Translations under genes and position numbers: made by a program
In this document: positions 10,104-19,741 of the stretch, in pieces
How the letters are laid out: every line of letters begins with the position of its first letter
How positions within the stretch are numbered: the first letter of the stretch is position 1
Notes under the pieces: generated by a model
The model's input: only the letters and a program-made list of their open reading frames with translations
Database searches by the model: none
Told to the model about the DNA's origin: nothing
Assembly (NCBI GenBank): GCA_018394315.1
Contig: CP074575.1
Location: 1,210,615 to 1,274,614, forward strand
Direction: 5' to 3'
DNA from: Mycoplasmatota bacterium
Lineage (GTDB): Bacteria > Bacillota_I > Bacilli_A > MAG-NZ
Length of the DNA stretch: 64,000 nt

Positions 10104-11078
10104 ATGAAATATAAGATTACATTAATAGTTTTACTACTTTCAATTGTTATTATGAAAAGTAGTATTGAAATTCACACTGTAGAGCAAGAAACTGAAGATA
10201 GAAAAGCCATTTACGAACTCTATTCAAAATATACAGAAATTCCTTGGTATCTAATTGGCGCTATTGATCAATATGAACGAAATACTAAGGCATTTAAAAG
10301 TTATTGTCCAAAAGAAGATGAATTGATCTCAATTTGCATTGACCCTATAATTTGGCAAGGAAGGGATAACCCATTTGATAATGATAATAATCCTATGACA
10401 ATCAGTATGTTTTTTGGAATTGGGTTAGATGGAAATAGTGATGGTTTTGCAGATAGATTAAATCCTTATGATCGTTTAATTACATTGTTAAGTTATTTAA
10501 CTATGAATGGTAAAAACAGTGATGATATAAGAAATAGTTTAATTGATTATTATGAAAATGAAGAAGGCGTTAGAATAATCTATGAAATAGCAGGACTGTT
10601 CCAAGAGTTCGAAATAATTGACCTATCAAAAAGAGTATTTCCAATTCCTAAATATTATGATTCAGCTTATACTAATGGATTTGGTGCAGGAAGATCTTAT
10701 GGAGGAAGAAGATCTCATGAAGGGATAGATATATTTGCTCATTACGGGACACCAGTTTTATCTACATCTTACGGTGTTGTTGAGAAAATTGGGTGGAATA
10801 GATATGGTGGTTATCGAATCGGTATTAGAGACTATTATAACACTTACCAGTATTATGCTCACCTACAAGGATACAAAAAAGGCCTTAAAGAAGGAGATTA
10901 TGTTAAGCCTGGAGATGTGATCGGTTTTGTTGGTTCAACTGGTTATGGGAAGGAAGGTACTAGTGGTAGATTTGCTCCTCATTTACATTTTGGATTATAT
11001 AAATATGATGGTAAAAGAGAGTGGTCATTTAATCCCTACAATTTTATAAGAAAGTGGGAGCGAATTAGTTTAAGATAA
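10104..11078 (+). CDS. lytH: M23 peptidase, LytH/YunA-like spore cortex endopeptidase
   Basis: N-terminal signal/TM; PWYLIGAIDQYER, GIGLDGNSDG, HEGIDIFA, GWNRYGGYRIGIRD, YAHL, PHLHFG. Confidence 0.8.
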   Translation: MKYKITLIVLLLSIVIMKSSIEIHTVEQETEDRKAIYELYSKYTEIPWYLIGAIDQYERNTKAFKSYCPKEDELISICIDPIIWQGRDNPFDNDNNPMTISMFFGIGLDGNSDGFADRLNPYDRLITLLSYLTMNGKNSDDIRNSLIDYYENEEGVRIIYEIAGLFQEFEIIDLSKRVFPIPKYYDSAYTNGFGAGRSYGGRRSHEGIDIFAHYGTPVLSTSYGVVEKIGWNRYGGYRIGIRDYYNTYQYYAHLQGYKKGLKEGDYVKPGDVIGFVGSTGYGKEGTSGRFAPHLHFGLYKYDGKREWSFNPYNFIRKWERISLR

Positions 11079-11223
11079 TATAAAATAAAGCTAATTAAAA
11101 AATAGCTTTATTTTTCAAGTAGTATCGCTGGTCGTTTATATAATAATGTCCTTTATACTCTTCACTCATACCAAATTATAATATTAAATCCTAATAAAAT
11201 ATGTCTTGACATGGCGTTTATAT

Positions 11224-11268
11224 TTAACAATTTTCACATTTTTGCATAGAATAATGAAAACGCTTTCT
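11224..11268 (+). promoter_or_regulatory. SigmaA promoter with a cre (CcpA/LacI-type) operator at the start site
   Basis: TTAACA-17-TAGAAT followed by ATGAAAACGCTTTCT (11254-11268), an exact match to WTGNAANCGNWNNCW. Confidence 0.65.
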
Positions 11269-11364
11269 TAAAGGATTTTTCAAGTTTAAGAGGCAATGAT
11301 TTGGTGTTTGATTTACATCAAATCCTAGTAGTTCATTACAATTTTTCAAAGGAGGAGGGGGAAT

Positions 11365-11511
11365 ATGAAATGCATTAAATGTGGAAGTGAAAACTTAGCT
11401 CCGGGAGACTTTATGTATGAATGTAGAGAATGTGGATTCGAGTGGATTAGTTCTGATAAAGAAGAGATTTTAGTAGATAAATCAGAACTAAGCGCTCATA
11501 TGGAGAAATAA
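11365..11511 (+). CDS. 48-aa zinc-ribbon protein (not in the ORF track)
   Basis: MKCIKCGSENLAPGDFMYECRECGFEWISSDKEEILVDKSELSAHMEK; RBS AGGAGGAGG; terminator 11523-11549. Confidence 0.8.
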   Translation: MKCIKCGSENLAPGDFMYECRECGFEWISSDKEEILVDKSELSAHMEK

Positions 11512-11680
11512 TCTTTTCCTATTCACTCCAACTTGGAGTGATTTTTTTTGAGTTTCAAAGATTATTAAAGGAGAAAGATAGAATGTTAAAGTAGTTCTAT
11601 CTAAAGAATGGTATACTTTAGTATAGGTACAATAGTATTTAAATATTTTTATTTAGAATCAATAACAGTGGGGAGATTTA

Positions 11681-13801
11681 ATGAGAAAGTATGTAGAATT
11701 AATTTATAGGTTTAAGAAACCTTTCATATTTATTTTTGTTTTGTTAAATGTAATTTCAATTGTGGGAGTCACTCAAATTGAATTAAGTTCAGATTTTACC
11801 ATTTTTATGCCGAATAACTCACCTCATAATGACACTTTAGAAGCAATGAATGAGAGGTTTGATAGTAGCAGTCAATTGATTATGATGCTTGATTATAAAG
11901 AACTTGATGAGTCTGTTATGGAAGAAATCAGTGAATTTCGATACTTTATCGATAATTTTGAGGACTTTGAATATGTTAATGGAATAAATCCTGAAGACTT
12001 TCAAGACACAAATGTTTTTTGGGAGTCTATTAATCGTTTAGGTGATAACTCACCAGTAGTTTTCGAGGATGATACTTATCATTTTACTTTTGTTGGGTTT
12101 CCAAGTGAAGGATTTGATAGAGATTCGATTAATGAGATTAAGTCTTATCTGAAGGATAATGATATAGATTATGCAATTAGTGGTGATATTTATTCTGAAA
12201 CTGAGATTATTGAATACATCCTAACTATATTACTTATTTTTCCGCCAGTTGCTTTGTTACTTGTATTAGTAGTTTTTAGATCACAAATGAAATCACTCAA
12301 GGCTACGATGATGAGCGTACTTCCAGCTGGTATAGGTACATTATGGACGATGGGCTTATTAGGGTTTATAGGTGAGGAATTGTCAATTATATCAGTCTTA
12401 GCTCCGGTGTTTACAATAGTTATAGGTAGTGCTGATGGTCTTCATTTTATGTCTCATATCTTGGAAGTAGAAGAAGAAGGGTATAAGAGGTTCGACTCTA
12501 TCGTACACACATTGAAGATGGTAGGTATACCAATGATAATTACTACTATAACTTCAATATTTGGATTTATGTCATTAATTTTTTTACGCACGGATTCGAT
12601 AAAATATCTTGCGTTAACTGCTTCTTTAGGGATTTTCTTTGCAGGGATCGCGACATGGTACGTTTTACCTTTAATCTTGAGTACGGATACTAAAGTGGCA
12701 TCAAAAAGGCAAGGGAAGAAGATTACTTATAATTTTGTAAAGAAATTGTGGGGATATCCAAGCATAATAATCTCTTTCATAATTCTTATAATTAGTATTG
12801 TTTTCTTACCGAGTATTAAAAATGAATTCAATATGCTTATGATCTATAAGGATAATACAGAAATTAAGGAGAACTTTGATAGGGTTTCAAAATTGCATGG
12901 AGGAAGTATACCGTTATACGTTTATGTTGAGACAGAAAACAGAGTGTTGGACATCGATTATTATACAAAAGCAAATGGTCTAGTTAGTGAGTTAAGAGAA
13001 AGTCATAAAGTTGCAAAAGTTAACAGCGGGTACGAAATGCTAGCAATAGCAAATGGTCGGCTTACTGGAAATGTTTCATATACTGATAATGAGATGGATC
13101 AAATGATAATCTATAATAGCTTGAATTCGAATATAAACGTTCCTATTAGTGAGCTTATCAATTTAGATGAAAATGTGTTTAGGTTGATAGTTTTTCCAGT
13201 TGATTTAACTAATGAAACAATTGATGAAATAGAGACGATAGTGAATAAACATAATGTTTCTGGATTTAATGTTAAACTAACGGGTGTACAAACAGTAATG
13301 AAAGATTTGAATGATATAATAATAAGTAATCAAGTTACTACTGTGATGATAGCTTTAATAGGTATATTTTTACTCTTATTAATTACTGTTAGAAAAATCA
13401 AACTAGCTATAGTCTCAACGATTCCTATTATAATTACTATTGTTGCATTGTTTGGATTCTTGTCGTTAACAAGGATATCACTTAATGTAATTACAGCTAC
13501 GATGTTTAGTATTTCTATTGGTGTCGGAATTGATTATGCGGTTCATTTTTCATCAGTATTTAAAGAGATGAGGAAAAAAATGAAAACGGAAGAAGCATTA
13601 GACAGAACATTTAAATATTGTGCAAGACCAATTATCACCAATGCGTTAGGCTTATCTATTGGTTTTAGTATTTTAATGTTCAGTCCTTTACAAATTCATT
13701 TATATTTATCAATACTAATGTGGCTATCAATGGTGTTAAGTGTAATCTTATCATTAAGCTTACTTCCAACAATCATAAATATTGTGTATAAAAAGGCTTA
13801 A
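11681..13801 (+). CDS. MMPL/RND-family membrane transporter
   Basis: Two repeats of TM, soluble loop and 5 TM; GSADGLH and GVGIDYAVH motifs. Confidence 0.88.
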   Translation: MRKYVELIYRFKKPFIFIFVLLNVISIVGVTQIELSSDFTIFMPNNSPHNDTLEAMNERFDSSSQLIMMLDYKELDESVMEEISEFRYFIDNFEDFEYVNGINPEDFQDTNVFWESINRLGDNSPVVFEDDTYHFTFVGFPSEGFDRDSINEIKSYLKDNDIDYAISGDIYSETEIIEYILTILLIFPPVALLLVLVVFRSQMKSLKATMMSVLPAGIGTLWTMGLLGFIGEELSIISVLAPVFTIVIGSADGLHFMSHILEVEEEGYKRFDSIVHTLKMVGIPMIITTITSIFGFMSLIFLRTDSIKYLALTASLGIFFAGIATWYVLPLILSTDTKVASKRQGKKITYNFVKKLWGYPSIIISFIILIISIVFLPSIKNEFNMLMIYKDNTEIKENFDRVSKLHGGSIPLYVYVETENRVLDIDYYTKANGLVSELRESHKVAKVNSGYEMLAIANGRLTGNVSYTDNEMDQMIIYNSLNSNINVPISELINLDENVFRLIVFPVDLTNETIDEIETIVNKHNVSGFNVKLTGVQTVMKDLNDIIISNQVTTVMIALIGIFLLLLITVRKIKLAIVSTIPIIITIVALFGFLSLTRISLNVITATMFSISIGVGIDYAVHFSSVFKEMRKKMKTEEALDRTFKYCARPIITNALGLSIGFSILMFSPLQIHLYLSILMWLSMVLSVILSLSLLPTIINIVYKKA

Positions 13802-13898
13802 AAAGCATGAATATATGAGAGACATGATGTCTCTTTTTTTTCATCATAAGTCAATAAAATGGTACGTACACATACTAGTTAGTACGTTTATAAACTAA

Positions 13899-13952
13899 TG
13901 AAAATGGTTTCATTCAATAAGGGGTTGGAATTTTAAATTACTATGTTAGAAT
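13899..13952 (+). promoter_or_regulatory. hyd operon sigmaA promoter with an upstream cre-like palindrome
   Basis: TGAAAATGGTTTCA (13899-13912, one mismatch to cre); TTGGAA-16-TAGAAT with extended -10 TG. Confidence 0.5.
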
Positions 13953-13992
13953 GTGGGTGTAAAAAACATATATCGTATGGAGGAGGTAAATA

Positions 13993-14496
13993 ATGCCAAA
14001 TAAAATCAAGGTCAATTTGAACTCAAGTCACTTCCAAGAATTGGATAGTTTTATTGATGGACTTGAAACGACCGAAGGCGAATTGATTTCGATATTGCAT
14101 AAGGCTCAGAGCATTTTTGGGTATCTACCAAAAGAGGTGCAAATCCATATTGCAAAGAGAGTAAATGTACCAGTTTCAAGAGTATATGGTGTAGTTAGTT
14201 TTTATTCGTATTTCACAATGAAGCCAAAAGGTAAGTATCACATTTCCGTTTGCACAGGGACCGCTTGTTTTGTTAGAGGAGCAGATGCTGTACTAAGAGA
14301 TTTCGAGGAGGAATTAGAAATTAAATCAGGAGAAACAACCAAAGACGGATTATTCTCCCTTGATTCACTTAGGTGTGTAGGCGCTTGTGCCTTAGCTCCA
14401 GTAGTTTTAATCAATGAAGATGTTTATGGAAAAGAAGATGCAAAAAAAGTAAAAGAGATAATTCAAAAGTATATGAAGATTAATAGTGAAGGTTAG
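13993..14496 (+). CDS. hydC: Electron-bifurcating [FeFe]-hydrogenase gamma subunit (NuoE-like, 2Fe-2S)
   Basis: CTGTAC...CVGAC 2Fe-2S ligands; first gene of the operon. Confidence 0.92.
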   Translation: MPNKIKVNLNSSHFQELDSFIDGLETTEGELISILHKAQSIFGYLPKEVQIHIAKRVNVPVSRVYGVVSFYSYFTMKPKGKYHISVCTGTACFVRGADAVLRDFEEELEIKSGETTKDGLFSLDSLRCVGACALAPVVLINEDVYGKEDAKKVKEIIQKYMKINSEG

Positions 14497-14504
14497 GTGA
14501 AGTC

Positions 14505-16358
14505 ATGGTGAATAGGCAACAATTATTAGAAAAATACGAAGCAGAAAAAAATAGAATTCTTAATAGATCAGGTGATATTGCTCTAGGGAAGAAAGAGATA
14601 TTAGTTTGTGCGGGAACAGGTTGCATGTCTAGTAAATCTTTGAAGATAATCGAAAACTTAGAAAAAGCAATTAAGGATAATGGATTAGATATAGATGTAC
14701 ACGGGACTGGATGTTTTGGTTTTTGTGGAAAAGGTCCCATTGTTAAAATTATGCCAGATGATACTTTTTATTCAGAAGTATCTGTGGATGATGCCGAGAA
14801 AATTGTTAGCCACTTAGCAAAAAATGAAATTTATGAAGAGAAACTATTTATAAATCCAGATACTAAAGTAAGAGCAACGACTACTAATGAAATACCTTTC
14901 TACAATAAACAAGTACGATTAGCATTAAAGAACTGTGGTTTTGTTAATGCTGAAAGTATAGATGATTACATTGGTGCTAAAGGATATCAGGCACTTGCCT
15001 TAGCCTTGGAAAAGTCTCCGCAAGAGATAATAGATATAATTAAAGAATCCGGAATTAGAGGTCGCGGAGGAGGAGGATTCTCTACAGGCCTTAAATGGGA
15101 ATTTGCATTCAAGAATAAAGCTGATCAAAAGTATGTAGTTTGTAATGCAGATGAAGGAGATCCTGGAGCTTTTATGGATCGAAGTATCTTAGAGGGTGAT
15201 CCACACAGTGTAATTGAAGCTATGGCGATATGTGGGTATGCAATAGGTGCTAGTGAAGGTTATGTATATATTAGAGCAGAGTATCCTGTTGCATATGATA
15301 GATTAGTTAAAGCAATCAAAGCTGCTAGAGAAGAAGGACTTCTTGGGAAAAATATCCTAGGATCTAGTTTAGATTTTGATATATTAATCAAATTTGGAGC
15401 TGGGGCGTTTGTATGTGGTGAAGAAACCGCTTTAATATCTTCTATGGAAGGTAAACGTGGAGAGCCTACATCAAAACCACCATTCCCTGCAGAAAAAGGA
15501 TTTTGGAAGAAACCTACTAATGTAAATAATGTAGAAACACTTGCAAATATTCCTCAGATTATTCTAAACGGTGCAGATTGGTTTAGTAAAATTGGAACCG
15601 AAAAGTCAAGTGGGACAAAGGTGTTTGCGCTTGCTGGAAAAATTAACAATGTTGGATTAGTTGAGGTTCCGATGGGTACAACTTTGAGAGAAGTTATATA
15701 TGACATCGGTGGTGGAATTGTTGATGGAAAGAAATTCAAAGCGGTTCAAACAGGTGGACCAAGCGGTGGTTGTTTAACAGAAGAAGACTTAGATACACCA
15801 ATTGACTTTGACAGTTTGATACAAAAAGGATCCATGATGGGTTCTGGCGGAATGATTGTAATGGATGAAGATGATTGTATGGTATCTGTTGCTAAATTCT
15901 TCTTAGAATTTACCGAAGAAGAATCATGTGGAAAATGTACCCCTTGTCGCATAGGTACCAAAAGATTACTAGAAGTACTTGTTGAAATTACTGAGGGAAG
16001 AGGAAACATGAAGCATATTGAGGAACTTAGAAGATTATGTACTGTAATAAAAGAAACTTCACTATGTGGATTAGGTCAATCAGCACCAAACCCGATTTTA
16101 TCAACGTTAGAAAAATTTGAAAATGAGTACATTGAACACATTAAGAAAAAGAAATGTCGTGCTCATTCTTGTAACGATTTAATTCAGTATTTAATAGATG
16201 TAAATGAGTGTGTGGGTTGTACTGCTTGTAAGAAAGTATGTCCAACTAGTTGTATTTCGGGTGAAGTTAAGAAAATTCATTCAATAAACCAGGAAAATTG
16301 CATTAAATGTGGGGCTTGTAAGTCTACATGCAGATTCAATGCAATTGTGGTAAGGTAG
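14505..16358 (+). CDS. hydB: Electron-bifurcating [FeFe]-hydrogenase beta subunit (NuoF-like, FMN/NADH)
   Basis: N-terminal 2Fe-2S, GRGGGGF, CNADEGDPGAFMDR, GAFVCGEETAL, ESCGKCTPCR, C-terminal 2x[4Fe-4S]. Confidence 0.94.
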   Translation: MVNRQQLLEKYEAEKNRILNRSGDIALGKKEILVCAGTGCMSSKSLKIIENLEKAIKDNGLDIDVHGTGCFGFCGKGPIVKIMPDDTFYSEVSVDDAEKIVSHLAKNEIYEEKLFINPDTKVRATTTNEIPFYNKQVRLALKNCGFVNAESIDDYIGAKGYQALALALEKSPQEIIDIIKESGIRGRGGGGFSTGLKWEFAFKNKADQKYVVCNADEGDPGAFMDRSILEGDPHSVIEAMAICGYAIGASEGYVYIRAEYPVAYDRLVKAIKAAREEGLLGKNILGSSLDFDILIKFGAGAFVCGEETALISSMEGKRGEPTSKPPFPAEKGFWKKPTNVNNVETLANIPQIILNGADWFSKIGTEKSSGTKVFALAGKINNVGLVEVPMGTTLREVIYDIGGGIVDGKKFKAVQTGGPSGGCLTEEDLDTPIDFDSLIQKGSMMGSGGMIVMDEDDCMVSVAKFFLEFTEEESCGKCTPCRIGTKRLLEVLVEITEGRGNMKHIEELRRLCTVIKETSLCGLGQSAPNPILSTLEKFENEYIEHIKKKKCRAHSCNDLIQYLIDVNECVGCTACKKVCPTSCISGEVKKIHSINQENCIKCGACKSTCRFNAIVVR

Positions 16359-16366
16359 GTGAGAAG

Positions 16367-18130
16367 ATGAGTAAAATGAATATTACAATCGATGGTAAAA
16401 ATATAGAAGTGGATTCAAATAGTACTATTCTTGAAGCTTGTAAAAAGCTTAATATAATTATCCCTACTCTTTGTCATTTGGATTTACATGATCTAAAAAT
16501 GGTTAATAAGTCAGCTTCTTGCAGAATTTGTGTTGTAGAAGTTGAAGGAAGAAACAATTTAGTGACAGCTTGTTCTACACCAGTTGCTGATGGGATGGTA
16601 GTAAATACACATAATATCAGAGTTATGAACGCAAGGAAAACAGTTCTTGAATTAATGTTAAGTGACCATCCTGCAGAATGCTTATCTTGTTCTAAAGGTG
16701 GAAATTGCGATTTACAGCATATGGCTGAAAGATTCGGAATGAGAGAGATAAGAGTAACAGGAAAATCACAATCTACTTATAGGAAAGATAAAACAGTTTC
16801 AATCAGACGTAATTTAGATAAATGTATAATGTGCAGAAGATGTGAAACAATGTGTAACGAGGTTCAATCTGTTGGAGCACTATCAGCGATAAATCGTGGA
16901 TTTGATGCAGTAGTAGCACCGACATTTGAAGTGAATTTACATGATTCAGTATGTACTTTCTGTGGACAATGTGTTCAAGTGTGCCCTGTAGGAGCTTTAA
17001 CAGAGACGGATAGATCGTGGGAAGTAATTGAAGCACTAGCTAATCCTAGAAAGACTGTAGTTGTAGAGACGGCTCCTGCTGTTCGAGTAGCCCTTGGAGA
17101 AGAATTTGGGTATGAACCAGGTACCAATGTAACTGGAAAGATGGTTTCAGCGTTTAGACAACTAGGATTCGACTATGTGTTTGATACAAACTTTGCTGCT
17201 GATTTAACCATTATGGAAGAGGCAACAGAGTTACTTGAAAGAATAAAAAGGCTTAAAAGTGGAGAAAAAGACGTTAATCTTCCAATGCTAACATCTTGTT
17301 GTCCTGCGTGGGTTGCTTTTATAGAAACACAATTTCCTGAATTATTAGATATACCTTCTAGTGTAAAGTCACCTCAACAGATATTAGGAATTATAGCAAA
17401 GACTTATTTTGCTGAGAAAATAAATGTTGACCGTAAAGATATGGTAGTGGTCTCTGTTATGCCTTGCCTTGCTAAAAAATATGAGGCAGGAATTGAATCA
17501 TTCAAAGAAGATGGGAACCCAGATGTGGATATTGTATTGTCTACAAGAGAGTTTGCACAACTAATAAAGTTATCCAATATAGATTTTAATAGCTTAGAAA
17601 ATGAGGACTTTGATAATCCGTTAGGTGAATCATCTGGCGCCGGAGCGATTTTCGGTACAACTGGTGGAGTTATAGAGGCTGCAACAAGAACAGCAGTAGA
17701 GTGGATTACAGGTGAATCATTAGATAATGTTGATTATAAATCTATGCGTGGAGAAGAAGGGATAAGGATTGCCAATCTAAAGGTTAAAGATTTAGAAATA
17801 AACATTGGTATTGCTAATGGTCTTGGAAGTGCTAGAGAATTACTAGAAGAAATCCAAGCAGGAAATCCTAGAAATTTACACGCTATTGAGATTATGGCAT
17901 GTCCACAAGGTTGTATCGATGGTGGAGGACAACCATATCACCATGGGAATATAGATATCATTAAAAAGCGTAAGCAAGCTATTTATGAAGTAGATGGAAA
18001 GAAAACTATTAGAAAATCCCATGAAAATCCAAGTATTCAAAAACTTTACAAAGAATATTTAGGAGAACCATTAGGAGAAAAATCACACAAATTACTTCAT
18101 AGAGAATACGACAAAAAAGAAAGAGTATAA
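16367..18130 (+). CDS. hydA: [FeFe]-hydrogenase catalytic subunit (group A3)
   Basis: H-cluster motifs TSCCPAW, MPCLAKKYE, EIMACPQGCIDGGGQP; N-terminal F-clusters; start at ATG 16367. Confidence 0.95.
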   Translation: MSKMNITIDGKNIEVDSNSTILEACKKLNIIIPTLCHLDLHDLKMVNKSASCRICVVEVEGRNNLVTACSTPVADGMVVNTHNIRVMNARKTVLELMLSDHPAECLSCSKGGNCDLQHMAERFGMREIRVTGKSQSTYRKDKTVSIRRNLDKCIMCRRCETMCNEVQSVGALSAINRGFDAVVAPTFEVNLHDSVCTFCGQCVQVCPVGALTETDRSWEVIEALANPRKTVVVETAPAVRVALGEEFGYEPGTNVTGKMVSAFRQLGFDYVFDTNFAADLTIMEEATELLERIKRLKSGEKDVNLPMLTSCCPAWVAFIETQFPELLDIPSSVKSPQQILGIIAKTYFAEKINVDRKDMVVVSVMPCLAKKYEAGIESFKEDGNPDVDIVLSTREFAQLIKLSNIDFNSLENEDFDNPLGESSGAGAIFGTTGGVIEAATRTAVEWITGESLDNVDYKSMRGEEGIRIANLKVKDLEINIGIANGLGSARELLEEIQAGNPRNLHAIEIMACPQGCIDGGGQPYHHGNIDIIKKRKQAIYEVDGKKTIRKSHENPSIQKLYKEYLGEPLGEKSHKLLHREYDKKERV

Positions 18131-18136
18131 ATTAAA

Positions 18137-19642
18137 GGCTCTAAGTCAAGGATTGGGGTAAACTCAATAAAAGAGTAAGAGCTCAAAGGATGTAGATTGA
18201 AAAATCTATGTCCTTTTTTTGTGCATAACTATGCAGATACAACGTGTCTTGAATTATTGTGATGATAAAGGATCTTGTTTCTAAAGGTATTGAAACATCT
18301 GAACCCGTATGAAGTACGTTTAATCACTTTGATATAGTTGTTAGATCCTTCTATAAAAGAACTAGTATATTTAGTATTCGTATCAGGATTAATCATAAAT
18401 GAATTGACTATTTCAGGTAACCATCGTTCAATTGATAATGCTGCTTCTCTATATTCACCAATGTTAGATTTTTTAGATTCAATTATCCAACTAGAGATTT
18501 TAGAATAAACATCAGGATAAGTAGAGCTATGAACAATCTCATAAAATGATTCTAGTAGTTCCCTAGCTGTAGCTAACTCTGGATGGATGTTTCTCATATA
18601 ATCTAGTAAGTAAGAATCGCTAGTCCATTGTTTAGTTCTTTTGTCAAACTTCCAATCATTAGAGATGTTTTCCGGCTTTGTATTAAATAATCTCCACCTA
18701 GACTTGAGAACTTTATATTCTTTATCAGTACGATTAAATTTCTTCATAATCCGTATTCTTATCTTTTTAGCTGCATTGGTGACTAGTCTCACAAAATGGA
18801 ATGTATCAATAACTATAGTAGCGTTAGGGAAGAACTCCTTACAAATATCATAGTAAGTATGATACATATCCATAGTAATAACCTCTACATTATTAAGTTC
18901 TTCAGAACTAAACTTACTAAAGTAATGATGTAAATAATCCTTATACCTACATGGTAATATGTCGATTATCTTTCTGTTCGACGGATCACATAGAGATAGA
19001 TTATACTTATATCCACCACTATTACCTTTGAATTCGTCAATGCTTAATACTCTAGGTAAAGACTTTCTAGATTGTTTACAATACATATTAAATATTCTTC
19101 TTACAGTGGTAGAAGACATATTAAGTCTTTTCCCCATGTCTTTGAAAGAAGAAACAAGTATAGCTTCTTTAATAACACTCCATTTAGAGTTAGTACTTAT
19201 CTTATTGTACTTCTCTACGAATTGATTAGGTAAAGAGAACCTCTTACCACAATCACAACGATATCTACGTTGTTTGTATCTAATAAAACACTTACGGTTA
19301 TTGAAAACACCGTGATTAATAGTTCGAGTATAGTAGTCATGAACTTTATCAGTTAGCTCTCCGCATACAGGACATTTAGATAACTGACGCTCTCTGGATA
19401 AGTTAATTATAATTTCATCTCCTACATGTTCATAACCATCAATGTGAATATTTTGATCATCAATGTTGAATAGTGATTTCAAATCTTCATTAAATGTGAT
19501 AAAATTTCTTTGCATAATACACCTCTTTTAATTGGGTTTCGTCGCTTTAATTATAACGTGTTATTATGCACTTTTTTTATTTCCGCTAAAAAAGTTTGAA
19601 ATAAGAGAATAACTCTCTTACCCCAAACTTAATTTTACAGCC
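18137..19642 (-). mobile_element. ISL3-family insertion sequence, 1506 bp, apparently intact
   Basis: 24-bp imperfect terminal IRs starting GGCT and ending TTGGGGTA (17/24 identical); 8-bp target duplication AAATTAAA at 18129-18136 and 19643-19650. Confidence 0.93.
18229..19515 (-). CDS. ISL3-family transposase
   Basis: CPVCG...CDC zinc finger, LSIDEF, TMDM, IVIDTFH, EGSNNYIKVIKRTSYGFR. Confidence 0.95.
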   Translation of the reverse strand: MQRNFITFNEDLKSLFNIDDQNIHIDGYEHVGDEIIINLSRERQLSKCPVCGELTDKVHDYYTRTINHGVFNNRKCFIRYKQRRYRCDCGKRFSLPNQFVEKYNKISTNSKWSVIKEAILVSSFKDMGKRLNMSSTTVRRIFNMYCKQSRKSLPRVLSIDEFKGNSGGYKYNLSLCDPSNRKIIDILPCRYKDYLHHYFSKFSSEELNNVEVITMDMYHTYYDICKEFFPNATIVIDTFHFVRLVTNAAKKIRIRIMKKFNRTDKEYKVLKSRWRLFNTKPENISNDWKFDKRTKQWTSDSYLLDYMRNIHPELATARELLESFYEIVHSSTYPDVYSKISSWIIESKKSNIGEYREAALSIERWLPEIVNSFMINPDTNTKYTSSFIEGSNNYIKVIKRTSYGFRCFNTFRNKILYHHNNSRHVVSA

Positions 19643-19647
19643 AAATT

Positions 19648-19672
19648 AAAAGGCTAAAACTTTAGCCTTTTA
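19648..19672 (+). terminator. Original hydA terminator, displaced by ISL3
   Basis: AAAAGGCTAAA/TTTAGCCTTTT hairpin immediately after the right target duplication. Confidence 0.75.
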
Positions 19673-19741
19673 TTATATTTGTTAAGTAGTCATTGTATAT
19701 GATAGAATGAGATAAATTATTTTATATAATATGGAGGAAAT

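Noticed and set aside
13876..13893. Rex operator upstream of the hyd operon
   Set aside because: Only about 10 of 14 consensus positions match in very AT-rich DNA, which is not distinguishable from chance.
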